A stretch of DNA of 50,548 nucleotides, from assembly GCA_040182905.1 (NCBI GenBank), contig JARQWU010000044.1:1-50548 (forward strand), in the 5' to 3' direction. The translations under genes and the position numbers were made by a program. Shown here in pieces: positions 24,101-39,100 of the stretch. The notes beneath the pieces were generated by a model. It worked only from the letters and a program-made list of their open reading frames with translations, made no database searches and was not told the origin of the DNA. The stretch comes from Barthelona sp. PAP020 (lineage: Eukaryota). Each line of letters opens with the position of its first letter. Position 1 is the stretch's first letter.

Positions 24101-27100
24101 GAATGGTGACGGCATCTAATGACATGACAAATGTATTGACTGTAATATCCTTCTTCATGTATAAGACACCACCAGTTAATTGAAGGTCATCCAATGTTAA
24201 AACACCATCAAAAACAACATTACCATCTTTGATTTGTAAACCACCACCAGAAGTTGTGGAAATTGTTTCGTAAATAGTGACATCAGAAGCACCATCAACA
24301 GAGAAAGTTCCTGTAATTGTAACAGTTGCACCTTCATAACCTATATATTTGGAATCTTGAATCTGCAAATAACCACTTGAAGCAATGGTAATATCTCCGT
24401 AATTCTCAAACAATTCAGAATTGAGAATTCTGAAAACTGAACTGGAATCGCCAATTGTCACAACACCACTTTCTCTAATAACAGTTTTAACTTGGAATTT
24501 ACCAACATTACCACCAACTCTATTAATAGTACCATATACATCCAACAAACTGGAAGAATCACCGCTTAAAAGAGGTGGATTACTTGTATCAGCAGGAATG
24601 TATAATTCAGCACCATTTTGAATCAACATAGTAGCAGAAACAAACACGATGTTACCTTGACTGAATTCAATGCTACTGGAAACAGTAAAGGTGAGATCTT
24701 CAAGAGTAAGGATATTGATAACGTTCAAAGTTTCAGTTTCAACAAAAGTACGGATGGAAGTTAACTTAACACCAGAAATTGAATTTGTAGCTGCTTTAAA
24801 TGTAAGAGAAGCTACAGAATCGACATAAGTAGCACGAGATGTTGCTTGAATTTCACAATTGGATAATTGAACAGAACCAGAAAAGATCAAATCACCAGAT
24901 GTCTTAACAATACCTCCAGTAGCAACAAAATCATCCAAATCACGATCAGATTCACCAAAATCTAACACACCACCAGAAATTTTAATTTTTGGCAATGAAA
25001 CAATTCCACCAAAAGTGTCAAATGCCCAATAAGTAACTTCTGGAACATCAAGTCTAATATCTATGATTTGGAATTTCAAGTTACCAGTTACAACTTCAAA
25101 ATCACCTGTAATATCAACAGTTGCTCTTAAAATTGTAGAATCAGAGGAATCAATACCAAATAAGAATTTACCATCACCTTCAATTCTGGAAGTTGAGGCA
25201 AATTGTATTGAAGCAAATTTAATGACACCAGGAGTGACAGTAGTGAAAGTACCATCAGCATAATCAACATAAGTTTGATCAAAATGTGTTCCCAAAGAAA
25301 GAGATCCTTGAGTGACTTCAATTTGTGAAGTGGAGGTTGTTCCAAGATTGACACTAATAATCGCATTAACTAAATTATTATTTTGAATACTACCAGAAGA
25401 ATATAGCATAGAAACACTATCAGCACTATAGAAACCAATTGAAGTTCCAGATGCAGCAAAATTAATTGTTCCTTGATTATTAACAAAAGAATTTGTTAAA
25501 TATAAAATACCACTGGTCACTGAATACACTGCGCCTGTTTTAACAACAAGCGTTGTTCCTTCAGTAATATCACTTCTGGTTCCGGCTTGTACAATTGCAC
25601 TTTCAACAACAACGTTACCACCACCATAGAAGTATGCACCATTGTTGATATTCAATGTTTGAATTGTCAATGTACTGAATTTATCAACATAAACTTTGCC
25701 ACTAACACTTAAAGTATCAATAGAAAGGTCATCCTCAACATACAAAGTTGAAGTTGAAGATTGAATTGATCCAGAACGAATTGAACTTTGTGTGGTGTAA
25801 AGGGAAGAAGTATCTGACAAAGACCAGGTTGTCGCCATATCAGTGAGAACACTTCCATACTTCAAAATACCATTGGAAATACCATTGATAGATAATGGAT
25901 CATTGATTGTTCCTTCCAAATTCCAAGTAACATCTTGAGAATAATAGATTAAAGAAGTAGCATCAACAGAAATCTGACCTTCTGAGGTAACTTCACCGTT
26001 CTTCAAATAAAGAGCTGAATTAACTAGTGTTAATGATGAAGCTGCAAGGAAATTTTGATTGTTTCCTTCGAAATAAACTATTGAATCTTCAATTTCGATT
26101 GAACCTTCAACATTCAAATCTACATTAGTGACAGTATTATTTTTGAAATATACTGTTTGACCACTGTTGACTTGTAACAAACCCTTCTTTGAAGTGGGAA
26201 CTTCTAAAGTTCCACTCTTGAATTCAACATCGTGTTCAGCATCAAAACGACACCAAGATTCCATTAAAATTTTACCATTTGTAAACACAGCAGTATTTTC
26301 ACCTTCAACTGTTGTTAATTGAATTCTGGTTCCAATACATTTTCTCACATTAAGTTGAGTACCAGCAACAAATTTACCAACTTGAATAGTTGATTCACCT
26401 TGAATGATACCACCTCGATAATTAAATTCGGTAATGGCCATTTCACTTTCTTCAACATAAACAAGACCGTTGTCAAATTGCAAAATTCCAATAGAACCAT
26501 CAGAATAGAATTTGACTTGAGCTGAACTGTAGTTGACATATAAAAGATCAATTGAGAATTGAGAATCCTTCTCAAATGTGTAAATCATATTGGCAATGTC
26601 AAAATTGATACTACCTTTTGAATCAACATTTGAATTGGCTTTGAAATTAACAACAGGTGAAGCTGTCAAAAGACCAGTAATAACACCTTCTTCTTCAACT
26701 TTCACATTACCATAAATATCAGCCTTTGACAAATTCATGTATCCATAATTGTCAATGAAAATCAAACCTTCAAAGACAGAGGTTGAAACAATAGTTTGAT
26801 AGAAGCGTCCATGAATGTCAATTTCACTCGCAGAATCAGCATTGATAATACCAAAAGTAAAAATACCATCTTTGGAAACATTCAATGCACCAGAAATTGT
26901 AAATGTCCAAGTAGTTTCAACCAAACTGTTACTGATATTGAAAGAAGAAGTTGAATCAATAATAAATTCTCCTGTAGTTTTGAAATTGGTATAAATATCA
27001 CAAACAATAACAGTGTTATCAACTGCTTTGAAAACTGATTGTGTATTTTGTCCAACAATAATAGCATCTTCGAACAGAACTGAAGCACTTTCAAAAATGA

Positions 27101-30100
27101 CTGGTTGAGTTTTATACTGATACTTGTTGGTAGATGAATAAATGTAAGCATCACCAGCAATATATAAAGGACCAGCACCACTAATTGTACCTTCAGACCA
27201 TTCAAATCTCTTGATAATTCTGATTGGATCTTGATTTGAAAAAGTACCCGAAGAAAGAACAAGCTCTTGAATTTCACATACAGTTTCACAAGCAATTGAA
27301 GGACTTCCTGTGAGCAACGAAATCATACCTTTTGTTGAACCTGATGTCATATATTTAAATTCAGAAGTACCAGATAATTCAACTACATCCAAACTAACGT
27401 TTCCGTAATTGTAAACATTACCACTCAATTGAATGAATTTACCTTCACCAAAGAATTCACCATTCACATCAATATTAACGGCAACAGCAGTGCTACCAAT
27501 AATATATTCAGAATCGGCAGTTAAATTAACTTTAGCACCATGTGATCCACCAGTTGATGATGCAGCCTTGAAAGTAATAACTGTCTCATTGAGAACAATG
27601 AAATCTCCCGAAGAATAGAAATCGTAATCAACAAACAGTTCTAATTTTTCATCAATGGTCAATTTATTGGTTGTTTCGAAATGACAATTTTGAGTTCCAG
27701 TTGTTTGATAAATGAATGAAGTATTTTTTCTGATGAACAAGTCACCATTATTAATAATTTTACCAGGATTACCCGACATTTCAATACATTGGAAGAAACC
27801 ATCAATTACACCTTCATCATTGAAAACAACTTGTGCTCCATCAATATATAATGGATCTGTTTCAGTAACAGAAATATTAAGGAGAGCCTTACCAACAATA
27901 CCACCTTTACCATGGATTCTACCCTTGGTAATGAAAGAATCTTCATTAAATCTCAAGATACCATCAGAAAACATAAAACCATCAGTCATATTGAATTTCT
28001 TAATGATATAATCTTTTAAAACAACAAATACACCACCGTATAAATCAACATTCACTGAAGGTGTTGTTGTTTCTTCAATATCAACTAAGAAAACACCATT
28101 ATACATGAAAATATCAGAGTTACCATTCAAAGATCCCTTCATAGTCAATTGTCCACCATATATTTCAAGAGTAGACAATAAAGTTGTGGAAATGAACGTA
28201 AAGTTTGGATAGAAATATGTAAAATCATCCCTAAGTTTTGTGAGCAATTGACTTGATACAGCAGGATCACAAGTACCAACAGGTGCAACAGAAGTTTCAC
28301 ATACAACACCATGGAAAGAAATTTTATCAGCACCAGGATTAACAATCAAAGTTTGTAAAGAGGTTTCTCCACCAATTTCAATAGAACCAAATGAATGAAT
28401 GATAGATCCGGTTCCCTTAATCTTTGAATAAAGATTGTTGGTTGTGACATCACTGGATTGAAGATCTCCTTCAATATTGATATAACCTTCACCATCGAAA
28501 GAAGAATTGGAAAGTTTCAAAGAAGCACCGGAAGGAATCATTAAAACACCGTCAACATCCATAGAAATGTTACTGTTTGTCATGAAATTTACTCCAGTAT
28601 GTAAATATAATGTTGCGTTAAGATACAAATACATGTTATTAAAATCCACAACATCACTAAATGCAACACTGCCAAAACCATTCAAAGATCCATTTAATGA
28701 TGAAAATTCTCCAACAGTTAACAATTCTTGAGCATATAATTCACCACCATTCTTCAAAACAATTCTATCAACAACAATAGGATGCATGACAGCTAATCTA
28801 CCATTGTCGATCGTAATAGTGTTGATATGAACAGACTGAGTGTCCAGATAAGGAATTGTAATTGCATGATACTTCTGTTTGTCAACAATAGTTAAATTAC
28901 CAGTGAAATCAATTAAACGAGTTGAAAGAATAACTTCACGAGCACCTAAAATAACATTACCATCACCTTTAAGGTTGGAATGAGCAGAGAACGAAATTCG
29001 ATTTGCTTGAGACAACAAATGAAGATGAACATTAGTGTTAACAAATAAGTCAGATGAAGCAATTGAATTGCCAAAATGACCACCTTTCAAAAATTTGATA
29101 TGCAAATTTTCAGTGCTTGCAAATGTAATGGCTTGTGGAACAACAACATTTACTTCAAACGTTGAATTTTGGCTGAATTTAACACCGTTATTGAATTCAA
29201 TACGAGAAACATTATCAGCATAAATCAAAACTTCACCTTCTGTGGCAAAAGGAATATCAGTACAATCAGTTGCAATATGTGCATTCGTCAAATTAATCAT
29301 TCCGCTCTTGAATGTACCCAAAGAACCCAATGAAATTAGGGCATTTTCAATTGACACATTACTGTTTTTGAAAGATGTTTGTGAACAAATGAATGTATTG
29401 TTGATTTCAGGAAGACCTATAATACTACCAGAAACAGCTTCCATATTGTTGATATAGAATTTATACATACTTTCGGATTCAATCGAACCACCATGTAATT
29501 TAACATTTGCGATGCTACATTGAGTGAATTCATTACATTTCACAACACCGCCAGTTCTAATCACAATATTTCTAAGATTCAATAAGGTACCTGCACTTTG
29601 TAAAGTAAATGAATCAACTAAAATATCATCACCACTGGATGCAACAGTACAAGAACGCAAATATAGATTGCCAAAACGTCCTGAAAAAGTACCACTTCCA
29701 ATTAAATCAACATGGCTCAAAATTAATTCACCACCAGCACCAAAACTACATGATGTGGCTATGTTAATAGTGGAATGAGTGATTTCTCCACTCATAAACA
29801 AGTGACCTTTGATACCTTCAATTGAAGCATTTGTTGCAACAATATTGAATCCAAAAATGGCATCAACATCAACATCATCATTTTCAAATTTAATACCAGG
29901 AGCCTCATTTGTCATTTCTACAAACATGTCTCCAATATAAGAACAATTAAACACACATTCAGTTGTAATATTACCAGTGACAATAATTCTAGCCTTTTTA
30001 TTGATGTATGAATAGTCACTACCATGTTCATAAGTGACATTACCATCACCAATTTTAATATAACTAGTTGTGAATGAAACAAATTCCCAATATCCAACAC

Positions 30101-33100
30101 CATCAACATCAGAAGTAAATTTGATTCCACCATCAAATTCAAGAGACATCAAATGCAATGAAATTGCACCAATATCAACTTCTGAAGTTGCTTTGAGACT
30201 AAAACCAGGGGCAATTAAATTACCACCCTTCAATTTGAAGTCAGAAGGAACATCAAAAGCATTATTAGGATATAAAGTCTGAGAATTATAAAGATGTACA
30301 ACACAAGTAGGATGAATCATGTGGAATTTAGTCAAATCATAAGCGAAAACATCCAAATATACAGTTGCACCTTCATCAACAATCAAACTAAGAGGAACAG
30401 AAGGAACTGAAGCAGAACCAGCCCAATTAAAATGAACAACAGTATTGGTAACAATAAAATCACCTGTTCCATCAAAACATGGCAAGAATACAGGAGAAGA
30501 TTTCACATTAACTCGAGAAACAAAATTCTCATTTGTGCGACCAGATAAATGAATGTTACCTCCAACAAGATCAATCTTTCCAAAGTTGTTCAAATGAGAA
30601 CTTACTAAAACACCAGAGTTAACAACAATATTTTTTGAATTCAACAAAGGTGGCAATCTGATTTCACCAGTGATAGTTAAAGTACCACTGTTGTACATAA
30701 TTGAAGGATCAACAGCGTAATTGCTTTTTAAAGATTCAATTTCAAAGGAACCTTTTTTACCCTCAGAATTTCCTTGCAACACAAATGAAACATCAGTATT
30801 CAAGGAATACATAGTGAAATTAAAAAGAACATTACTGGTAGTCCAAGCGATAAAATCAACATTAGAAATGGAACCTGATCCAGCAAAAATCAAATCTCCA
30901 TAAACATAAATTTTACCAGTACCTGTCAAAGTAATATCATTGATGGTTAAACTATCAGTAACTGATAAAACACCATCAATAATAATTGTACCATTCAAAA
31001 CTGCAATGGAAGTGTTGAAAACAACACCATTTTGAATTTCAAGAGCGGCACCATCAATAACTGTTAAGGAATGAACGTGAACATCAGATTCAACAGTAAC
31101 TGGTCCTCTGCGAATAATAACATCATCGACATCTCTAGGATACAAATAATTTGTCCAAACGTAAGGATTACCATACCAATAACCAATAGTGTCATCATAA
31201 ATAGTTGTTTGAGCTGCTAAAACGTCTTCACACCAATTACCAGCACTTGTGCCTGAACAGACACAATAACCTTCATAACATCTGCCACCATTGCAATCAC
31301 CACAATATCTACCACTACAATCATCATTAAACCAAATAGTGTTACAAACACAATTGCCCGAGACGCAAGTACCTTGTCCACTGCTACTGTGACAATCATA
31401 TGGACAGTCAGAAGTCATTCTTTTCCAATTATTAGAAGACTGTTGATAATAAATGTATGGATTGCCATCGGAGTAAATTTCAATAGTACCATGATCAAGC
31501 AAATTACTGGGGTTGTTTACAATGTAAATATTATTTATAGCAGTTGTATCATTTGAATATGAAATATGCCATTCACCCCAATGATACAAATATGTTGAAA
31601 TATGGATAGTTTCATCCCAAGATGAATAAATTTTACTTCCAGGGTAGGTGTACATTGTTTGAACAGTACTGGAATTAAGGAAATTAACTACACCTGTTGG
31701 ATAATTGTATAAAGTTCCCAAATTATTGCCATCTGCAAGAACAATTGAACCATAATTATGAATTTCTCCAGAAACGTAATTGATTTCCTCAATAGTACCA
31801 TAATTGTACAATTTCTTTGATACTGAATATGTTTGATCGGAAGTTTGTTGCATTAGACCATACAACGTTGTATATTTAGCGTAAATATTTGCATTAACAT
31901 GAACATCATCATAATAATAGACATGAGCATTATTCCAATTCACAGAAGCTGAAAAACTAACCATATATCCAAATATAATATTTGTAATATCTGAAGCTGT
32001 TGCCGTCATTGAAGATAAGAAGGATGTTGAACCTTTAAAGATAACAGTTCGAATGTCGAATTGGAACTTATTTGCTGTTTCATGTGTATAAGGAGAAACA
32101 AATGAAACAGATCCTTCAGTACCATAGAATGACCATGTGGAATCTAAAGCAAATTCATCTTCAATAGTCAAAACACTCTTTGGATTGACATTGAAAATTG
32201 GAGAAGTGTCATTAACAACCAATAACCAATTATCACTGGCAGAATATTTCTGCAAAACAACTTGACCATAAATATTATATGTTTGAACTGGTCTATAACC
32301 GATAGTAAAACCAGGATAATAAGTGTACTTTGGCTTAAAGACAGTATCAACAAGATTAACTGCAGTAATTAATGGCGAACTAAATTGATCCATAATTTTA
32401 TCAAAATCACTTCCCGAAGTTGTATCAAAACCAATAAAAGTAGAATAATAGTGATAGAATCTGTGAGCAACACTGTTTGTAATTCTTGCACCTGGAGCAA
32501 AAGCTAAATAATAGAAACTATAAACATTGCTGGAACCTCCTCCCAAAAAGGTAAATTCACCAGTTGAACCCTCCAAATTACCATATTTAATGGTGTTCCA
32601 AGGATGATTCCAACCGAAACCAACGTCTAAATTACGAGTCATTAAAAATTGACCATGATTAATAAGAATTGCAGTCGCTGTAATGTAGGAATTGAAAGCA
32701 ATATCCAAAGTACCATTAACATCAATTTTAATATATCCATCATCCAATTCTGGATAACTACCAACAGAAGTGTATTGAGTGAACATTGTTGTTGTTTGAG
32801 AATGAGTTGTAACATAATCAAAATTCCAATCAAAAGTTCCATTGATAATAAATTTGGTATATCTTTGCATGTAGAATTGGAATCTGTTATGAATAAGAAC
32901 ATCACGAACAATGAACACAGGAACTTCAATGTGCATATAATAAAAATACCAGTAGTAAGTATAACTACCAGAACCAGGATCCCAACCAGGTGCTTTAGCT
33001 TCAAAATCAAGAATTTCAACAGTACCTTTGCCAGTAAACACACTTCTTACAGCGTTTTGAGTTGAAGTAGAATAAATTTTATTGACTGGATAAGTAAACC

Positions 33101-36100
33101 TCTCAAACACTAGTCTGACATTTTCATCAATGTGGAAAGTAGGATAATAATGATAATCATTTGTTTGAGTGTAATCTTTAATTGTGTACACAACTTCATC
33201 AATTGATCCAACATCAGTATGGAAATAGTAATTTACCGTACTTGTGGAAACGATAGAGCTGTTGAACAGATCAACTGAAGTATCTGGGTAGAAATGGAAT
33301 TCTGAATTATCAACATTACCTGTCTTATTATATTTACTGCCAAAAAGACGAACTGAAGAAGATACACCTTCAACAATTGAATTGAAAAGTGTCACATCAT
33401 TAGTACGAGTAACGTCAACATTGGTTAAATAACAACTTTCATGACCAGCACAAATAACGTATGAATGAATCCAAGTATCATTGATATATGATTCAGAATA
33501 TAAATACAAATTACCACCATTGACAGTGTATGTAGTGGAAGGAACATCATGATATTCATAAAAATGACAACCGCAGAAGAAACTACCTCCAAGATTGAAT
33601 ACACCTTGATTTAAAATAGAACACTTATACATGTGATGAGTATACCATGCTGATCCTGAAACAACAGAAACTGTTCCTTTATTAGTAAAAGTAATGCATT
33701 TTTCACAATCAGGAATGATGTTCAAATTTCGAACTGTCAAAGTTACACCAGGATTAACAATAATATCCATACTTCCACGAAAACCTGAAAATTCAGTAGA
33801 TGTTCCCAAACTAATATCAGCTTCAATAGAAATCGTTGGACGACCAACAGAACGTCTAGCTTGTAAAGTTGGAGAATTATAATCAGTAGGGAATTCATAC
33901 AATTCATCAAGATCAGTTAACGACATCCAACCAATATATTGTTTCATTGCATAGCTGCGATACTTATAATGAGACATTGTCCACCAACCAGAAGATGTCA
34001 TTGAGATATCCCAGGTTTCACTTGCAGGAGCATAGTAAGTTGTGATAGCAACAATATCCGGATTAGTGTCTGAATGGGATTGTTTACCGAAACCCAAATA
34101 GTTATTTGCACCAGATTGAAGATTATATGCTCTGACAACATGTGATCCACTGGGGTTAAAAATACTAACATGATAACCAAAATACTCCTTTTTGAAACCT
34201 TGAGGATAAGTACGATAATAATCATAAATATCTCCAGTATTTAAATTGTAAGTACCATAACCATAATTTATTCTTGTATATCCACGCTCAGTAGGCACAT
34301 AAGAATCCGGTCTGGGATTCAAAGTATTGAAAATAGCAGGAGATGAAGTCATGAATTGAGACAATGATTGTTCAGAGAAAGTTTGAATCATACCACCTTG
34401 TAATGAAGAACCACTCTTTAAATGAACATCTGCATTTGTAAAAATATGAGATGTGGCATCCAAAATAATTTTGCTATCGAAATCAAAAGAATCAAACACA
34501 AAAACGGAATTGGTATCAGCATACAATAAATCTGGGAAATTCAATGTGCTTCTGCTGACTCTTGATGTTGAAGAAGGTGTGAAAACCAATTCATCCTTCA
34601 AAAACAGAAGATGAGAATTCTGATGCAATGCCAAGGATGTGGAAGTAGGATCAGCATCCAAATTACCATAATAATAAACTTGTAAGAAAATGAAAGCCAA
34701 TTGAGTGTTTTGTCCCATAATAATAGAAACAGATGAACCAATGGTAATGACTGGAACTTTAATGTTGGCACCATGATATTCTCTACCAATATTGTTGGAA
34801 AATCCTAACATAGCGTTGTCTTCCATTGTAATAGTACCGCCAATGAATTTTGACAAAGCAGAATGTGGGAAATGAACTTCTCCACTGATTCTAATATTTG
34901 AATCAACAATCATTGGGACTTTAACACGAGTATATCTAAAATCTGCCACAGAACCAGATTCAATGTGTAAATAGTTCAAACGCTGATTATAAACTGATGT
35001 GATATCATCCATATTACGAATATTAACACCTCCTCTGTCAGTAGAATCCACAGTCAAATTGGACCCACTTTTTAGAATAATGTTTGATCTTCTTAAATCA
35101 ATATAATAACTGTTGGGAATGATAACAACACCTTTAACAATCAAATCAGAATCATAAATATGGGTTGCACCAGCAGTTCGCCATTCAACCAAAGAGCCAA
35201 TTTCAAATTGAGGAATGTCAGTTTCAGGATAATATCCGATGTCAGTTTGAACATCATAATTTAAATAAATCGAACCAGTACCAACAGTTAAATAATCAGT
35301 AATCTTTAATGTCTTAAAATAATTCAGATATGTATTATCGTAAAGATTCAAAGATTTGAAAACAACATCATCATAGAAATATGTGTGACCACTTGACACA
35401 ACCAACAAAGCGTTTTCAATATTGTTAAGAACTGCTCTATGTCTTTCATAAACATAGGAGCTGCCATCAATAACTTTAACATCATCATAGAATTTATTTG
35501 TGTTGGCTAAAGTAATGGTCTTATCTGAGCCAAAATCAAATCTTCCTTCAAAATTAATATCATAAAGATAATAATGAGCAGATGCTTTGATAGCACTTGT
35601 TGAAGTAAAATCAACATCACCAAAGGTAATAGTACTTCCATCTTCGGGTGTTCCTTCAATATTTCCTTCAATAGTTGAATAATAAACTCTCAAATTTGTT
35701 GTTTGTAATGCATTGCTGATAATTTTACCACCATCTTCAACAACAAAATAGTGCAAAGAAATGTAATTGGCACCAAGATCCACTGGTAAAACAATCGAAC
35801 TTGTGAGATGAATTTGAGCAGTTGCTGTTCCAACGTAAACAAATTCAGTTACTGTAGTATGTTTTAAAGTTAAAACTGCATTAATATTCAATCTTGATGT
35901 GTCATATATATATGTATGTCCTTCTTTTGATTCACAATTTGCATTCAAATTGAAAACACATTTGTTACGCAAATAAAAAGTTTGGAAATGACATGAAGTG
36001 ACACTTGATTTGACATTCAAAGTACCAACACTTGTTGCAGTAACTCCTCTAATGTCAATAGCTGTGGAATAGAAAGAACTAAGTACATTTAACGATCCAC

Positions 36101-39100
36101 CGCTGGGTAACTGAATAATACCACCTTGTGAATTCAAATTGGCGATATCTGCTTGATCTTCAATAACCAAAGTACCAGAAGTAATGTTAACTGATTGCCA
36201 AGTCATTCCAGATATAGCTGGAATTACAACAGTACCACCAGAAATCATTAAAATTGAATTTGAACCAACCCAATTAAAGGTTAAATCAGAATCGAAATCA
36301 ATTGAACCACCAGATACATCAAAATCACCATCAAAGTTAATTGTATTTTTGAAAGACAAATCTCCAGATGTCTTAAACGTAGCGTCTGGTGAAATAGTAA
36401 CATCACAGTCAGCAATAATATGCTCACCAAAACCTGTAGCCAATTCCAAAGAACCGAAATGAAGAATATCCAAAGATTGATACCATCTCGTATTACCAGA
36501 CATCTGAACAAGCAAATTAACATTTTCTGTTGAATTTGAAATTATTGTTCCATTGAAATTGTAATAATTAACAGCAATATTTACTGAATAATCAATAAAT
36601 TCAAAACAACCATAATTATAAATACCCATAGCTGAATCAGTATTGTCATTTGTGGCCCAAGTAACGGGAGACACAACAACAGCACCAGTATGATATGCAA
36701 CAGCATTTGCAGAAATGATCAATCTGGCTCCATTATAGAAAGTAAATGTGGGATTCTCATAGGGCATGTAAGATTGGACCAAAATGGCTTTGTCATATAG
36801 ATAAGTGTTACCCGAAGATACACTTAATACACCATCAAATATAACAGCACCAGTACCCTTAAATGTCATTGTATTTGAAATGAAAGTAACATTTGAGTTA
36901 ATGGTGATATTATTATTATTGGATAAAACACCACCTGTGAAAGTCATGTTATCACTTAAAACATAATTATGATCATGGAAATCAATCAAAGCACTCGAAT
37001 CAACCAAAACAAAACCTAATTTTTCAATTGAAGCACCAGCAACCCATGCTAATTTATAATCATCAGATTCATCAGGATTTTCATAAGACATAAAATGAAC
37101 TTCATGCGTTGTCCAAATTCGCAAATACTCTGAGTACCAATTACCGTAAATATACATTGTATTTTTAGCTACAATTTGTCCATAATTCAAAATATTACCA
37201 TAAGAATAAGTAGTACTTCCAATATACACAATAGATCCAGAATGAACATGGAAATCATTAACGTTTATGAATGTATATACAAATTTAACAATTCTATTGT
37301 TCTTAACATTGATTGTGCCTTCATTTCTGACATTGCCAACTGAAAATTCGTCTTGAGAAAGAATACCATCAAAATCAATGGTACCCTTATTGATCATAAA
37401 CGTAGAAGAATAAAAAACGTAATAATATCCACCAACTTTCAAATCAACAGACGCTGTAGCACCAGATTCAATAATCATGTCAGCATAACCGTAAAGATAA
37501 CCAGATGTATGATTCCAAAAAGTTGAAACAGAAAGCTGAGTGTGGAAATAAAGCGGTGCAGTATCATCCAAATTGGTATAAAGATTATTAATCAAAATGT
37601 TGCTAGGTCCATATATTGTATGACTGTGTGTGGCATTGTATGCATCAACAGTAAAAGGAGAAATAGCATAAACAGATCCAGAATACACTTCCAAGTAACT
37701 AATTTCAAATGAAGATTCAATCTTTAATTGTGCTGTTCCAGAAAGATAGACTTTTGGAAGGGAAGCAGAACGGCTAAAATGGAATATAGCAGAACCATCA
37801 CATAACATGAAGGGGTTGCTGTCAACCAAAATAGAAGCAGAATCAAAAATGTAGATATTGTTGCTATAAAGAATGTGAACATCATACAACATATCAATAA
37901 CACCATTCAACGTGGTTTCATCATCAAAATAAATTAAATTATCATGCATTATATGACTGGTAGTTGTATGAGTAAATTCAACATGGTTGTACTTTAAAAC
38001 ACAACTGTATTCATTATTCAACATTGTAACGTCCTGTAACTCAATATAGGTAATAAAGAAATCATTTGAAGTTACATTACAGAAAACATAAGATGAATCA
38101 CTCAAAGAACCTTTCAAATCGGTTGATACACCTCCTTTAATAGTTCCTGTTCCATAAATTGTAGAATTAGTAACATCAAACATCACAGCAATGTTTCCTT
38201 GAACATTAAGTTCTGCTTTTTTACCCCTAAGATAAAAGGTTCCATCATCATTAAGGAAATATGCTCCATTTTGTACATACATATAAGATTCTCTTAAAAC
38301 AATGGATGCTCCTTCTTTTCCACGAACATAGGAATTTACATAGAAGAAAGCCTCACCTGTAAAGTGAACAGCTAAAGTTTCAATGTAGAAATCATAACTT
38401 GTTGATCCAGAATTCATTTTGAAATAATCTGTAAAAATAGCACCAGTACCACTCAAATGACTGTCACAATAAAGATCAACAGTGATATTGTGGGCAAAAT
38501 TGATAATAGAATCAGTTGCAAAGGTACCACCTCTGAAATACAAATTATTAACAGTGGTATTAACACCATAGAAATCAATAAGACCTTGTTCCAATCTAAG
38601 TTCAAAATCTAAAGTGGCTGCTGCAGAAATAAATAATGCAGTACCATACAAATTGGCTTGGAAAATATATGTGTGCAAATCATTTGAATCAAAATGAACA
38701 AATGAATCATCAACAATGATTCTTGAATTTGAACCTTCCAAATTAATTGTACCTTTCACAACAAAAGGCACTGTGTAACTGTGAGATCCATCCATATCAA
38801 AAATAACTTGACCATATCCAGAAATAGAGGCTCCAGAATCAATTAAACCGTATTTAAAATTAACAATATTTGAATCAGCAATCAAAATACTTGATCCGCT
38901 TGGCATATTAAATTCATTGTTGAAATAGATTCTGTCTGAAGTCAAATCAAAATCAACAACACCACCATTTTCGAGAGTAAATTGTGAATACATCCACAAT
39001 GTTTTACTATTTTGAGTGAAAATGACTTTACCATACAAATCCCAATGAGAAGTGGTATCTCCACTTGTTTGATAATTCCTGAAAGAATCATGAATTACCA

